A DNA stretch of 64,000 nucleotides. Source: Macrostomum lignano (Eukaryota). The position numbers and the translations under genes are program-made. Positions within the stretch are counted from its first letter, which is position 1. Every line of letters begins with the position of its first letter. The notes below the pieces were generated by a model, which worked only from the letters and a program-made list of their open reading frames with translations, made no database searches and was not told where the DNA came from. Positions 32,205 through 62,030 of this stretch are shown one piece after another. Location: positions 61,670 to 125,669 of the forward strand of contig NIVC01001959.1 in NCBI GenBank assembly GCA_002269645.1, given 5' to 3'.

Positions 32205-35200
32205 TTGCCGAGGCGCTTAGTCAGACTTGCGTGAAATCCCTGCGATCCCCATCCTGGTATCTGAGTTCCCAGCTCAGCCTCATCAAGAGACCCTTGTCCA
32301 AGCGCCAGCACTGAAGCTTGACACGTGGATGAAAGATAATAGTGGAGATGCATATTTAAAAAATGACAGCTTTTGAAAGTTTTCCCGAATTTCAGGGTAA
32401 ACTCATTCCGAAAAAAATTTGGCATGTTATTATAATTTCCATTGTGAGTCATATTCGTTGAAAAGTTTATGGCGGAAAAAATTAATTAAGCATCAACGAC
32501 ACCACTGAAAATTATAGATGGATACACCCAAAATTTATTAAATAGCAGACATTTAGCAGATTCGCGATGCTAAATCGATACTTTATTTTCCTTCATCCAT
32601 ATAGTATTAAGTAAATAAATTAGTCTTTCTTTGGCTCGGCTAATGCTAAAACCTGTTTGTGTCAGACTGATGTTTTGTGAGGTAACACAGCCACGGCGTG
32701 TTAATATAATTTTCATTTGCTTAGTTGCAACTCATTGTGTCATATATTGGTGCTAGGAAGAGTCGTGACTATTTCAAAACAATTAAACGGAGGAGAGATG
32801 AAACGTTGCAAAAAACCGTACGCATATAGGTGGTAATCACCACAGTAATTTCTGTACTACATGAAACTGACATAAATCAAGCATGCTTTGCAAATACGAC
32901 TTTCAAAGCGTTATTTATTTCTATGGATAATTTCACTTTATTTTCAGCTAGTTTGAGCATCTTTTAAACAAACTCGCTTTCAACTCTTGCTAAAAGACAA
33001 GCTGAAGTTCCAGGTCTACTTCTGAATTAAGTTTCACTTCTTACTGCTAGCATAGGTGTAGCTTTTTGGAATGCAATAATTAATAGGATCACACTAATCA
33101 CTTTGTCCTTTTTTAATCAAGCCGCATTACAGACACAAGTCCCTTCAGTTCGATCTTACAGAACTAATTTAAGGTTAAGGTTAACTAAGGTTCTAAGAAT
33201 ACTACAAGACGGTACTATGAGAATAATAACAATTGATATTTTCATGCTGCTAGTATTGTACAGTGAAGTTAATTTAAATGAAAGCAATAGAATCCTTTGA
33301 TCCGTGATCCGTGAATAGACTGCACCAGATTTTGATTGGGAAGTTAACGCAGTCGTAAATGATATATGGCTACTAAAAAACAAAAAAGCAAAACTAGGTT
33401 CTCTCAAAAAATCTAAAAAAAGACTTTTATCGGAAATACAATTCACATTAGTTACTACTCGTAAGTGCAGTTTCGATTTCAAATAACTTTTGTTATAGTA
33501 AGTAAGTATCGGACGAAAATAAAAAGGTTGCAGCGTTTCAAGGATTTGCCCGAACGCATTGTTTTTTTAAATACAGGCATTATCTAAAACATTTCTTTTA
33601 TACAAAACCATATTCACGCAGTAAAATATGTAAGCTTCTAGCACATTTCTCCAGAATAAAAATTTTAAAGCTGTTCAATAACTGAGGACTCACAATGGAA
33701 AATGTAGAAGAAGTGCAAATTTTACCTCTAAAGTCTGCTTCAGGTAAGATATCGTTTTACATGGAAGCTTAAGGCTGTTAATTATTAATAGAATTGTCAT
33801 TTAAATAATTTTAATGTCAAAATATAAATTAGTGTATAGGCATCTGCATTTTCTCAACAAGCATTAATTATCATTGCCACACAACCTTTACTGGTAGAAA
33901 AGAAAAAGCAAAAATGGCATTATTTTAGGCACATGACCAAGATGGCCACACACCAAGATGGCCACAGATCTAAATGTCTAAATTAAAATAAATAATATTA
34001 AGTATAGGTCTATATATTTCACTCATTTCCATTTTCCTTTTGGTAATAATTAGAAAGATAGATGCTAAAATGGAATTATATTACATTATAATCATTCCCT
34101 TTGTTTTTTAGGCCTAGCTTTTATTGTAGCTTGACCTACAGATGTTTATTTACTAAATAAAGCAAGTAGCCAAGCATATAATAAATACCTTATTGCATAT
34201 TTATCTCATTTTTGCATAGCATTATTATTAGCAATGGTTTCTTAATAAACTGATAGTGATATATATGATATATATGGCCTTATGGGAATAAATTGGCACA
34301 AACACTAAAAAGATTAAAGTTTTTATATTATGAATAAATTGTTTCAAATCTATTATTGTATCAATAATAGATAAAATATGATTGATTAAAACAAAATAAT
34401 GCATGATAATAAAACAAATGCTATTAAGTTGCTATTTATTGTTAGAGAGAAAGCAGTTATAATGGAGATTTAATGTTGTGGAAGGGGACATCTTGGTCTT
34501 GCACCTTATTTTATATTAAAAATGAATCTAAAATCCAATTTCGCCCTTCAATAAAGACATAATTTTATTGGCTATTCATATTACTAACAAAGCTAGTCCA
34601 AAAACTCTAAGAACTATGGATGTTTTATTTCAGATGGCTGCGAGAACCATGTTTCTTCATCAGGTGAGAGTTTGTTTGTGGCTATTTTTATGTCAATTAA
34701 TGCACACAGAAAAAACTTATTTAAATTTTTTCTTTAGTTTAATTTTTTATTTCATTTTGGTATTGGATTTTTGCTTGCTTTTATATACTTAGTGTGAATT
34801 TATTTTTAAATGAGATAAATGGGATTTAAATTCTAAATAACCAATAAAAATATTTAATTGAAACTGGGGTAGTTTCTTAATTTTTTGATATTTCAAAAAA
34901 AGAAAAGAAACCGACTCATTGTGGGATATACATGGATTCAAACAAATAATTAAAATATTCATGGTATCACCAGTCTCACGCATAAGCTACTGTTTCTAGT
35001 CAATTGAGAAATGCTTCTATGATTCAAATACCTATCCAACTCAAATGCTCATACATTTTTTAGGAATTTCGCTAAATATGGTTTAATCTTATTACTACCT
35101 GCATTTTTTCTTTTTAATGTACCGGAACCTGAAAAATCTGTCCGAAATTTGATAGCTGGGAAACTCATAAATTCAGTCGGGCTGAGCCCCAAGCTCAACC

Positions 35201-35789
35201 CCAGTGTGCAAAGGGAGCCTCAGGTGCGAAACTCGACCTGATGCGGATACTAAAAGGTTACGGCTTGAGTCCACGACGGCAGTGCAAGCCCCATCAATGA
35301 GCTGGGGAGAGGACCGAGTAGACAGAGACTCGGAGTGGACGAGAAGGCGCCAATCTCTGGGGCAGAGCCGCGTGCTGCAAACCTTGATTGCAGCAACTAC
35401 TCAGCAATCTCCTCAAAGTGCAACTGTCTGCCTCGTCTCGTCCCCTCTCCGGGGCTCGCCAATCATTATTGTCATTGCTCGACCTTGCATTATTCACCTC
35501 ACCGAGAGCAAGGGTTGTCTATGAATTGGACAATTTGCACCCACAATGCAGATGCAGTGATGAATTCGTATTTTAAACAAGCCACCGTTCGCGGTTTGGA
35601 CAATAGCATCAGCATTTGTGCAGCTGCTGGGGCAGCAGTGATAGAGAGAATCCATGCTAATCCGCTTGGTGCGCCAAAAAAGTGAATTTCGTATCGATTT
35701 GTGAATGCACACATGAGTTCGAATTTATACAGTTCGCCCTTTCGGACGTTTGTGCGCAAGTCCTTGGAAGTCCTAGATTTGGATCCAAC

Positions 35790-36612
35790 CCAAATGAAAC
35801 CCGAATGAAACCCGAATGCAACCCAAATGAAATCCGAATGAAACCCGGATGCAACCCAGATGCTAATCAGATGCAAACCGGATGCTGATCAAATGCAAAC
35901 CGGATGCTAATCAGATGCAAACCGGATGCTGATCAAATGCAAACCGGATGCTAATCAGATGCAAACCGGATGCTGATCAAATGCAAACCGGATGCTAATC
36001 AGATGCAAACCGGATGCTGATCAGATGCAAACCGGATGCTAATCAGATGCAAACCGGATGCTGATCAAATGCAAACCGGATGCTAATCAGATGCAAACCG
36101 GATGCACATCAGATGCAACCCAGATGCTAATCAGATGCAAACCGGATGCTGATCAAATGCAAACCGGATGCTAATCAGATGCAAACCGGATGCTAATCAG
36201 ATGCAAACCGGATGCACATCAGATGCAACCCAGATGCTAATCAGATGCAACCCGGATGCTGATCAAATGCAAACCGGATGCTGATCAGATGCAACCCGGA
36301 TGCTAATCAGATGCAAACCGGATGCTAATCAGATGCAATCCGGATGCTAATCAGATGCAACCCGGATGCTGATCAAATGCAAACCGGATGCTAATCAGAT
36401 GCAACCCGGATGCTAATCAGATGCAACCCGGATGCTAATCAGATGCAACCCAGATGCTAATAAAATGCAACCCGGATGCTAATCAGATGCAAACCGGATG
36501 CACATCAGATGCAACCCAGATGCTAATCAGATGCAATCCGGATGCTAATCAGATGCAACCCGGATGCTAATCAGATGCAACCCGGATGCTAATCAGATGA
36601 AACCCGGATGCC
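35790..36612. repeat. 22-bp minisatellite (GATGCTAATCAGATGCAAACCG)n
   Basis: Direct reading, intergenic. Confidence 0.94.
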
Positions 36613-37627
36613 AACACAGGGGCTCCGCACAGCCAAACCTCTTGGAAATCTTAGGGCCTACTGCACGGTTTAGTCGCAGTTTCTGTTTGTTCAACTGGGC
36701 CGATTCGCGATTTTTTTACCCTCTCCCCCTTCCCAGCTAAGAGCGCAGTTCAAAGGTGGAACCCGACTGCATATGGCCTCTAGCCAACAAGCTGCACAAT
36801 AGTGATGCCTCCGAGATGATTTATTTTCGTATGAACAGACACACCTTATGTATTGCTGCAGAAAAATTCAACCTCGTAGGCAGACAAGACTTGCATAAAT
36901 CTTCTTCCAGACTTGTCTACGCAGATTTTGTAATTCGCATTTACTTATAGCAGCGAGTTTTAAGTAGTCAGAATCCTACGAAAGTTCAAAAGCCTATTAA
37001 TAAAATGATAAATTTTTACGATCCTACACCAAACTATTTCACCAAACTGTGGAAATTAAGAAACTTTTCTTTTAAAACGCGCTAATAAACTTCCTCCAGT
37101 CAGCCAAGTGTGTCCAGGAGTTTTGCGTGCAACAGAGAAATGTAATTAGGGAGGTCCCGGTTCCTCTTCAGTAGCCAGTTCCACCGTTAATTATCAGAAT
37201 AAATTATATGCAGCTTCCATTGTTCAAGACTGCATTAGTAAATATTTCGATGACAACAGCGCGTGATGAAAGCTATGCTCAGTCGGTTGAGCACGAAAAT
37301 AAGAAAAAACTTTACTTCTGTTTGACCCAGAAATCTGAGAGTAAGTCCTGCCACTCTCTTTTTCGCCGAGCAGCGTGTGTTTGCGCTCAGGCACTGGGCG
37401 GCAGTAAGCTGCTCAGACTTTCATCTGCCTGATTGCTTGTGCTCAACCTGTTTTGTTTAAGTAGTGCGAGTTGGCCCAGCTGACTGACGAGTAGCCAATC
37501 TGAGTTTGCTTGCCTGCTGTCTAAAGGGGCTCGGCTGCTTCCCACGGGATGATGAACTGGCTAATTTATGAAGCCAGCTCGCTTTGCCAATATGGGGTAT
37601 GCAGCTCGTACAGGCGATATGCAGGCA

Positions 37628-38760
37628 CACTCACCCACAGCACCCATGGACAAACTCACCCACAGCACCCATGGACACACTCACCCACAGCACCCATGGA
37701 CACACTCACCCACAGCACCCATGGACGCACTCACCCACAGCACCCACAGACACATCAATAACATCCATAGACACACCAACAGCACCCATAGACACACCAA
37801 CAGCACCCATAGACACACCAACAGCACCCATAGACACACCAATAGCACCCATAGACACACCAATAGCACCCATAGACACACCAATAGCACCCATAGACAC
37901 ACTAACAGCACCCATAGACACACCAACAGCACCCATAGACACACCAATAGCACCCATAGACACACCAACAGCACCCATAGACACACTAACAGCACACATA
38001 GACACACCAATAGCACCAATAGACACACCAATAGCACCCATAGACACACCAACAGCACCCATAGACACACCAACAGCACCCATAGACACACCAACAGCAC
38101 CCATAGACACACCAATAGCACCCATAGACACACCAATGGCACCCATAGACACACCAACAACACCCATAGACACACCAACAACACCCATAGACACACCAAC
38201 AGCACCCATAGACACACCAATGGCACCCATAGACACACCAATGGCACCCATAGACACACCAATGGCACCCATAGACACACCAATGGCACCCATAGACACA
38301 CCAACAACACCCATAGACACCAACAACACCCATAGACACACCAAAAACACCCATAGACACACCAACAGCACCCATAGACACACCAATGGCACCCATAGAC
38401 ACACCAATGGCACCCATAGACACACCAATGGCACCCATAGACACACCAACAACACCCATAGACACACCAACAACACCCATAGACACACCAATAGCACCCA
38501 TAGACACACCAATAGCACCAATAGACACACCAACAACACCCATAGACACACCAATAGCACCCATAGACACACCAACAGCACCCATAGACACACCAATAGC
38601 ACCCATAGACACACCAACAGCACCCATAGACACACCAATAGCACCCATAGACACACCAATAGCACCCATAGACACACCAACAACACCCATAGACACCAAT
38701 GGTGCCATAGACATATGGCACCCATAGACACACCAACAACACCCATAGACACCAATGGTG
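37628..38760. repeat. 25-bp then 21-bp minisatellite (ACAGCACCCATAGACACACCA)n
   Basis: Direct reading; source of the HTNST/PIDTP ORFs. Confidence 0.95.
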
Positions 38761-38816
38761 CGCATTCTGTCAGTTACCATAGGAACACTTAAAAAACACT
38801 TAAATTCTTTACAAAG

Positions 38817-55584
<16,768 letters not shown>

Positions 55585-55739
55585 AAGAAATTTTGCAAAT
55601 ATTTTATTGCATCAACTTTTTCTGAGCCTCCGCACGACCGCCGGATGCCTGTCTTGCTTTGCTTTGCTTCTCCGATTCGTTTTAACAAAATATTAATTAA
55701 ACAGAAAGTTTATACCGATACTGCACTTATTAATATAGA

Positions 55740-56543
55740 TCAGTCTGCCCCCTCTCCCTCAGTCAGTCTGCCCCCTCTCCCTCAATCAGTCTGCCCCCTC
55801 TCCCTCAGTCAGTCTGCCCCCTCTCCTTCAGTCAGTCTGCCCCCTCTCCCTCAGTCAGTCTGCCCCCTCTCCTTCAGTCAGTCTGCCCCCTCTCCCTCAG
55901 TCAGTCTGCCCCCTCTCCCTCAGTCAGTCTGCCCCCTCTCCTTCAGTCAGTCTGCCCCCTCTCCCTCAGTCAGTCTGCCCCCTCTCCCTCAGTCAGTCTG
56001 CCCCCTCTCCCTCAGTCAGTCTGCCCCTCTCCTTCAGTCAGTCTGCCCCCTCTCCCTCAGTCAGTCTGCCCCCTCTCCCTCAGTCAGTCTGCCCCCTCTC
56101 CCTCAGTCAGTCTGCCCCCTCTCCCTCAGTCAGTCTGCCCCCTCTCCCTCAATCAGTCTGCCCCCTCTCCCTCAGTCAGTCTGCCCCCTCTCCCTCAATC
56201 AGTCTGCCCCCTCTCCCTCAGTCAGTCTGCCCCCTCTCCTTCAGTCAGTCTGCCCCCTCTCCCTCAGTCAGTCTGCCCCCTCTCCTTCAGTCAGTCTGCC
56301 CCCTCTCCCTCAGTCAGTCTGCCCCTCTCCTTCAGTCAGTCTGCCCCCTCTCCCTCAGTCAGTCTGCCCCCTCTCCCTCAGTCAGTCTGCCCCCTCTCCT
56401 TCAGTCAGTCTGCCCCCTCTCCCTCAGTCAGTCTGCCCCCTCTCCCTCAATCAGTCTGCCCCCTCTCCCTCAATCAGTCTGCCCCCTCTCCCTCAGTCAG
56501 TCTGCCCCCTTTCCTTCAGTCAGTCTGCCCCCTCTCCTTCAGT
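55740..56543. repeat. 23-bp minisatellite (CAGTCTGCCCCCTCTCCCTCAGT)n
   Basis: Direct reading, downstream of the aminopeptidase stop. Confidence 0.95.
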
Positions 56544-56935
56544 CTATTGCAAGCCAGCGCCCGCATTGAACGTATTGGTAATTTATAGGCATGCAGCTTA
56601 CTTATTGATTTGCATCGAAACAGTTAATCAAATCGTTTTAATCAATTGACAAACCCCTCTCAACTTATAGTGTTGTCTTTAAAATTGTTATTTTGTTATA
56701 TTATGCTGTGACCGGCATATATTTAAACTGATATACCTCGAAATCATAAGTACTAGATATTGCTAAATTAACTAAGTCTTACTAACTAACTAACCAATTA
56801 TTACTCTGATTTATGAACGTACAAATAATTCCGCGAAAGATAATGGAATAATTAAAACTTGGCGAGCTATGATTCGGCCTTTAAAATAAAGTTTTTTTAC
56901 CTTTTCGGGACTCGGGACGGGGGGGCAGAGCAGCT

Positions 56936-57735
56936 GACTCTCGTAGTTGCAGTCTGACTCTCGTAGTTGCAGTCTGACTCTCGTAGTTGCAGTCTGACTC
57001 TCGTAGTTGCAGTCTGACTCTCGTAGTTGCAGTCTGACTCTCGTAGTTGCAGTCTGACTCTCGTAGTTGCAGTCTGACTCTCGTAGTTGCAGTCTGACTC
57101 TCGTAGTTGCAGTCTGACTCTCGTAGTTGCAGTCTGACTCTCGTAGTTGCAGTCTGACTCTCGTAGTTGCAGTCTGACTCTCGTAGTTGCAGTCTGACTC
57201 TCGTAGTTGCAGTCTGACTCTCGTAGTTGCAGTCTGACTCTCGTAGTTGCAGTCTGACTCTCGTAGTTGCAGTCTGACTCTCGTAGTTGCAGTCTGACTC
57301 TCGTAGTTGCAGTCTGACTCTCGTAGTTGCAGTCTGACTCTCGTAGTTGCAGTCTGACTCTCGTAGTTGCAGTCTGACTCTCGTAGTTGCAGTCTGACTC
57401 TCGTAGTTGCAGTCTGACTCTCGTAGTTGCAGTCTGACTCTCGTAGTTGCAGTCTGACTCTCGTAGTTGCAGTCTGACTCTCGTAGTTGCAGTCTGACTC
57501 TCGTAGTTGCAGTCTGACTCTCGTAGTTGCAGTCTGACTCTCGTAGTTGCAGTCTGACTCTCGTAGTTGCAGTCTGACTCTCGTAGTTGCAGTCTGACTC
57601 TCGTAGTTGCAGTCTGACTCTCGTAGTTGCAGTCTGACTCTCGTAGTTGCAGTCTGACTCTCGTAGTTGCAGTCTGACTCTCGTAGTTGCAGTCTGACTC
57701 TCGTAGTTGCAGTCTGACTCTCGTAGTTGCAGTTT
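56936..57735. repeat. Near-perfect 20-bp array (GACTCTCGTAGTTGCAGTCT) x40
   Basis: Identical units except the last. Confidence 0.98.
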
Positions 57736-58140
57736 GAGTCTCGCGCCGCGACCCCTGGTTCCATTCCGAGCGCAAGCGCATTCATTTTACTCTCTGACTG
57801 GCCGCTCCGAGCTGCCAACAGCTCTCGTATCCCTTGCTCACCCGCTGCCTTGAAAAATTTTTTGAACAACGGCTTGATTTCTCCCAGCAGTGATGCCTTC
57901 CCCGTGCTGCTCAAGTGCTGAGTCTGTGTCACCCCAGAGTCGTTTCAGAGTTGTCAGTTCTTGGATTCGCAGATGACACAGTTAAAATAAAAAAGATGTG
58001 ACTTTAAATGACTCAAAAACTAAGATATGCCAAGGTAAAAGTCGCCAAAATAAAGTCGCCCAAGAGTCACTTTGAAGCTTTTATTATCTGCGACTCTAAA
58101 ATGACTCCAATGAACCTAGCGCAGACTGCGGGCCAGTGGA

Positions 58141-58560
58141 TGGGGGAGAGAATAGGGAATAGATAAGAGAGAAGAGAGATAGAACAAAGTAGAGGTGAGG
58201 GAATAAAGGAGAGAAGACGGACGAGAGGAGAGGATGGATGAAATAAGAGAAGGGAGGGGAGAGAAGAGAAGAGGAGAGATGGGAGACAAGAAGAGAGGAG
58301 AGGAAGGGATCAAGGAGAGAAGAGGAGAGGAGAGAAGGGAGACAAGAAGATAGGAGAGGAAGGTATAGGAGAGAAGCGGAGAGAAGCGGAGAGAAGCGGA
58401 GAGAAGCGGAGAGAAGCGGAGAGAAGGGAAGAGAAGCAAGAAGAGAGGAAAGAAGAAAAGAGGAGAAAAGGGAGACAAGAAGAGAGGAGAGGAAAGGAGA
58501 GGAGAGAAAAGAAGAAAAAGAGAGGAGAAAGGAGATTAGAGATCGAAGAGAGCTGAGAAG
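58141..58560. repeat. GA-rich low-complexity tract
   Basis: Direct reading. Confidence 0.85.
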
Positions 58561-58574
58561 AGACAAATCTTGAG

Positions 58575-58677
58575 CGGGCTGGATTGACATTGTGAAGTTT
58601 CAAAGGACCCGATGGGGCCGCATAGAGAGGTTTTGAGGGCCGCATGTGGCCCACAGGCCGGAGTTTGCCTACCCCTG
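58575..58677. mobile_element. Solo terminus of a hAT (Charlie-like) DNA transposon
   Basis: ...GGGCCGCATGTGGCCCACAGGCCGGAGTTTGCCTACCCCTG followed by CTCTAGGG, close to the NTCTAGAN target preference; no partner end found. Confidence 0.5.
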
Positions 58678-59007
58678 CTCTAGGGTCACCGAGTTGTTAT
58701 TTAAATACTCTAACTAGCCTACTGAGTTAGTAGAAAGTTAAGCGCCAACAAAACGATTATTGGACGACTCATTTGCGACTCTTTTATGATTCTGCAACTC
58801 AAGTGTTGCGCTTGTGACGCAACAGTCGCCTCTTTGTCGCAGCAGTCGCCCAGAGTCACTAAAGTCACTAGTGAGCTGTTTGCAATGACTCTTTAGCGAT
58901 TCATGTGCATGTCACGGTATCGTTTTCAACGGGAGCTTATATCAGTTATTAGCCAATTCTCCAATGATGTAGCACCAAGGACTACTCCAGTAACATACTC
59001 GTATATA

Positions 59008-59461
59008 CAGGACGCTACACTCGAAATCTATGGTAAATGTTTTGAAGGCAACTTTTCGCCGAAAAATACACTACAGAGATAGGAGGTTTTAATTTTTTCA
59101 GCACAAAAATTGTTATTGCTTTTGATAGGAGGCAGATTCAGTGTTCATCTTTTGATATGTTGTGCCTTCTTTATTGCTCTATCGATATTCATAAAGCTTT
59201 TCGTTCAGAAATAGTTTTAAAGGCAGGTTTAACCGGAAAAATACACTGCGGAGATAGGAAACTACACGATTTCAACACTATAAACAGTGATTGGGTCTCT
59301 TAGCAGTGTCAGAGAAAGTTCTAATCACACTATTTTGTGCCTCACATGCTGCTCTAACGACGCATTAATCGATTTTTTGTTAAATTGGTCTTGTCATTAT
59401 TTTAAACGTTTTTTCAAGTGACAGACCAATTTAACAAATTGACTTCGAGTGTAGCGTCCTT
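59008..59461. mobile_element. Tc1/mariner-like MITE
   Basis: Perfect 17-bp inverted repeat AGGACGCTACACTCGAA (59009-59025) / TTCGAGTGTAGCGTCCT (59444-59460); TA before the left CAG; right TA flank imperfect; AT-rich non-coding interior. Confidence 0.6.
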
Positions 59462-59841
59462 CTACTTAAGTTGTCCTTGTGTAGCACTTTGACATGAACA
59501 CTCGGATTATTATTATTCGTGGTACTAACTAACTCCTCTAAAACGGTTGCACCGTGAGTCACACACAGCAAAATGTGGGGCAAAAAGCACCATAACCGCT
59601 CATAGTGGAGGCGCTGCGTACGCAAAGCGACACAATAGAAGCAACGGCGCCAGCGTAAAGCCGAGCCTCCCGCCAGGCAACCAGACACCGCGGCAGCGTG
59701 CGTTCCCGATCGTATCAGTTGCCCACGGAGCGTGATAGGGATCGGGTTAGCCCAGGCCATGGACCCCAATTATGGAACTTAGGAGCTGCAGATAGGGTTT
59801 CCAGTCTATAAACTAGTCCATGTACCCGAGCTCCGCGAGGA

Positions 59842-60650
59842 CTCTGTCAGACGTTTGTCAGCTCTGTCTGTCAGCTCTATCTGTCAGCCGTCTGTCAGCT
59901 CTTTCTGTCAGCTCTGTCTGTCAGCCGTCTGTCAGCTCTTTCTGTCAGCTCTGTCTGTCAGCCGTCTGTCAGCTCTGTCTGTCAGCTCTGTCTGTCAGCT
60001 CTGTCTGTCAGCTCTGTCTGTCAGCGCTGTCTGTCAGCTGTCTGTCAGCTCTGTCTGTCAGCTCTGTCTGTCAGCGCTGTCTGTCAGCTGTCTGTCAGCT
60101 CTGTCTGTCAGCTGTCTGTCAACCGTCTGTCAGCTCTGTCTGTCAGCTGTCTGTCAACCGTCTGTCAGCTCTGTCTGTCAGCTGTCTGTCAACCGTCTGT
60201 CAGCTCTGTCTGTCAGCGCTGTCTGTCAGCTGTCTGTCAGCTCTGTCTGTCAGCTGTCTGTCAACCGTCTGTCAGCTCTGTCTGTCAGCTGTCTGTCAAC
60301 CGTCTGTCAGCTCTGTCTGTCAGCTCTGTCTGTCAGCTCTGTCTGTCAGCTCTGTCTGTCAGCTCTGTCTGTCAGCTGTCTGTCAACCGTCTGTCAGCTC
60401 TGTCTGTCAGCTCTGTCTGTCAGCTCTGTCTGTCAGCTCTGTCTGTCAGCTCTGTCTGTCAGCTCTGTCTGTCAGCTCTGTCTGTCAGCTGTCTGTCAAC
60501 CGTCTGTCAGCTCTGTCTGTCAGCTCTGTCTGTCAGCTATCTGTCAACCGTCTGTCAGCTCTGTCTGTCAGGTGACAGGTCTGTCTGTCAGCTCTGTCTG
60601 CCAACTAGCTGTCTGTCAGCTCTCTCTGTCAGCCTTCTATCAGCTGTTTG
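59842..60650. repeat. 13-bp minisatellite (CTGTCTGTCAGCT)n
   Basis: Direct reading. Confidence 0.94.
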
Positions 60651-61084
60651 TCAATTTGAAATTCTAAACCTTTGGTCGCCCCAGGTCTTATGAAGCGAGT
60701 CAGGGGACCCCGGGTCAGTCCAGTCCTCACTCCAGATAGCTGCTTCCAGAGCTCCTTGGCGACTTGGAGATCGCCCACACTAAAATAAAGCTCACAGGCA
60801 AGGAGACGGGCAGCCCACCAGCCCAACTGTCTGGGCGGGCGTCCACTGAAAGCGGCAGATTTCACTGATAAAAAAGGCGGCTAACAAAAAGGGAAAAACA
60901 GGCAGACAGACTGACAGACTGAAGCCTCATAAAACTGTCTGGAATTTGGAAAACAGCAGCAGCCAAGGACTTCTAGATAGTAGTATATAGTATTGATGCT
61001 GTCTAGCAGTCCTTGGCAGCATTTGTGCGTCAATTTCTGTTTTTGGGAAATTTAGAATCGGGAAGATTGGGAATAGGAATGGGC

Positions 61085-62030
61085 TCTGGAGAACTGCAAT
61101 TTGGGAATGGGAGCTGCAATTGGGAATGGGGAACTGCAATGGGGAATGGGGAACTGCGATGGGGAATGGGGAACTGCAATGGGGAATGGGGAACTGCAAT
61201 GGGGAATGGGGAATGCGATGGGGAATGGGGAACTGCAATGGGGAATGGGGAACTGCAATGAGGAATGGGGAACTGCAATGGGGAATGGGGAACTGCAATG
61301 GGGAATGGGGAACTGCAATGGGGAATGGGGAACTGCGATGGGGAATGGGGAACTGCAATGGGGAATGGGGAACTGCACGATGGGGAATGGGGAACTGCAA
61401 TGGGGAATGGGGAACTGCAATGGGGAATGGGGAACTGCAATGAGGAATGGGAACTGCGATGGGGAATGGGGAACTGCAATGGGGAATGGGGAACTGCAAT
61501 GGGGAATGGGGAACTGCAATGGGGAATGGGGAACTGCAATGAGGAGTGGGGAACTGCAATGGGGAATGGGGAACTGCAATGGGAATGGGGAACTGCAATG
61601 GGGAATGGGTAACTGCAATGGGGAATGGGGAACTGCAATGGGGAATGGGGAGCTGCAATGGGGAATGGGGAACTGCAATGGGGAATGGGAGCTGCAATGG
61701 GAATGGGGAACTGCAATGGGGAATGGGGAACTGCAATGGGGAATGGGGAACTGCAATTGGGAATGGGGAGCTGCAATGGGGAATGGGGAGCTGCAATGGG
61801 GAATGGGGAGCTGCAATGGGGAATGGGGAGCTGCAATGGGGAATGGGGAACTGCAATGGGAATGGGAACTGCAATGGGGAATGGGGAAGCTGCAATGGGG
61901 AATGGGGAAGCTGCAATGGGGAATGGGGAACTGCAATGGGGAATGGGAACTGCAATGGGGAATGGGGAGCTGCAATGGGGAATGGGGAGCTGCAATGGGG
62001 AATGGGGAACTGCAATTGGGAATGGGGAAC
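61085..62030. repeat. 20-bp G-rich minisatellite (GGGGAATGGGGAACTGCAAT)n
   Basis: Direct reading. Confidence 0.95.

Noticed and set aside
35204-35876. Short ORFs between the AT-rich island and the 22-bp array
   Set aside because: No recognisable motifs, codon bias or consistent splice chain
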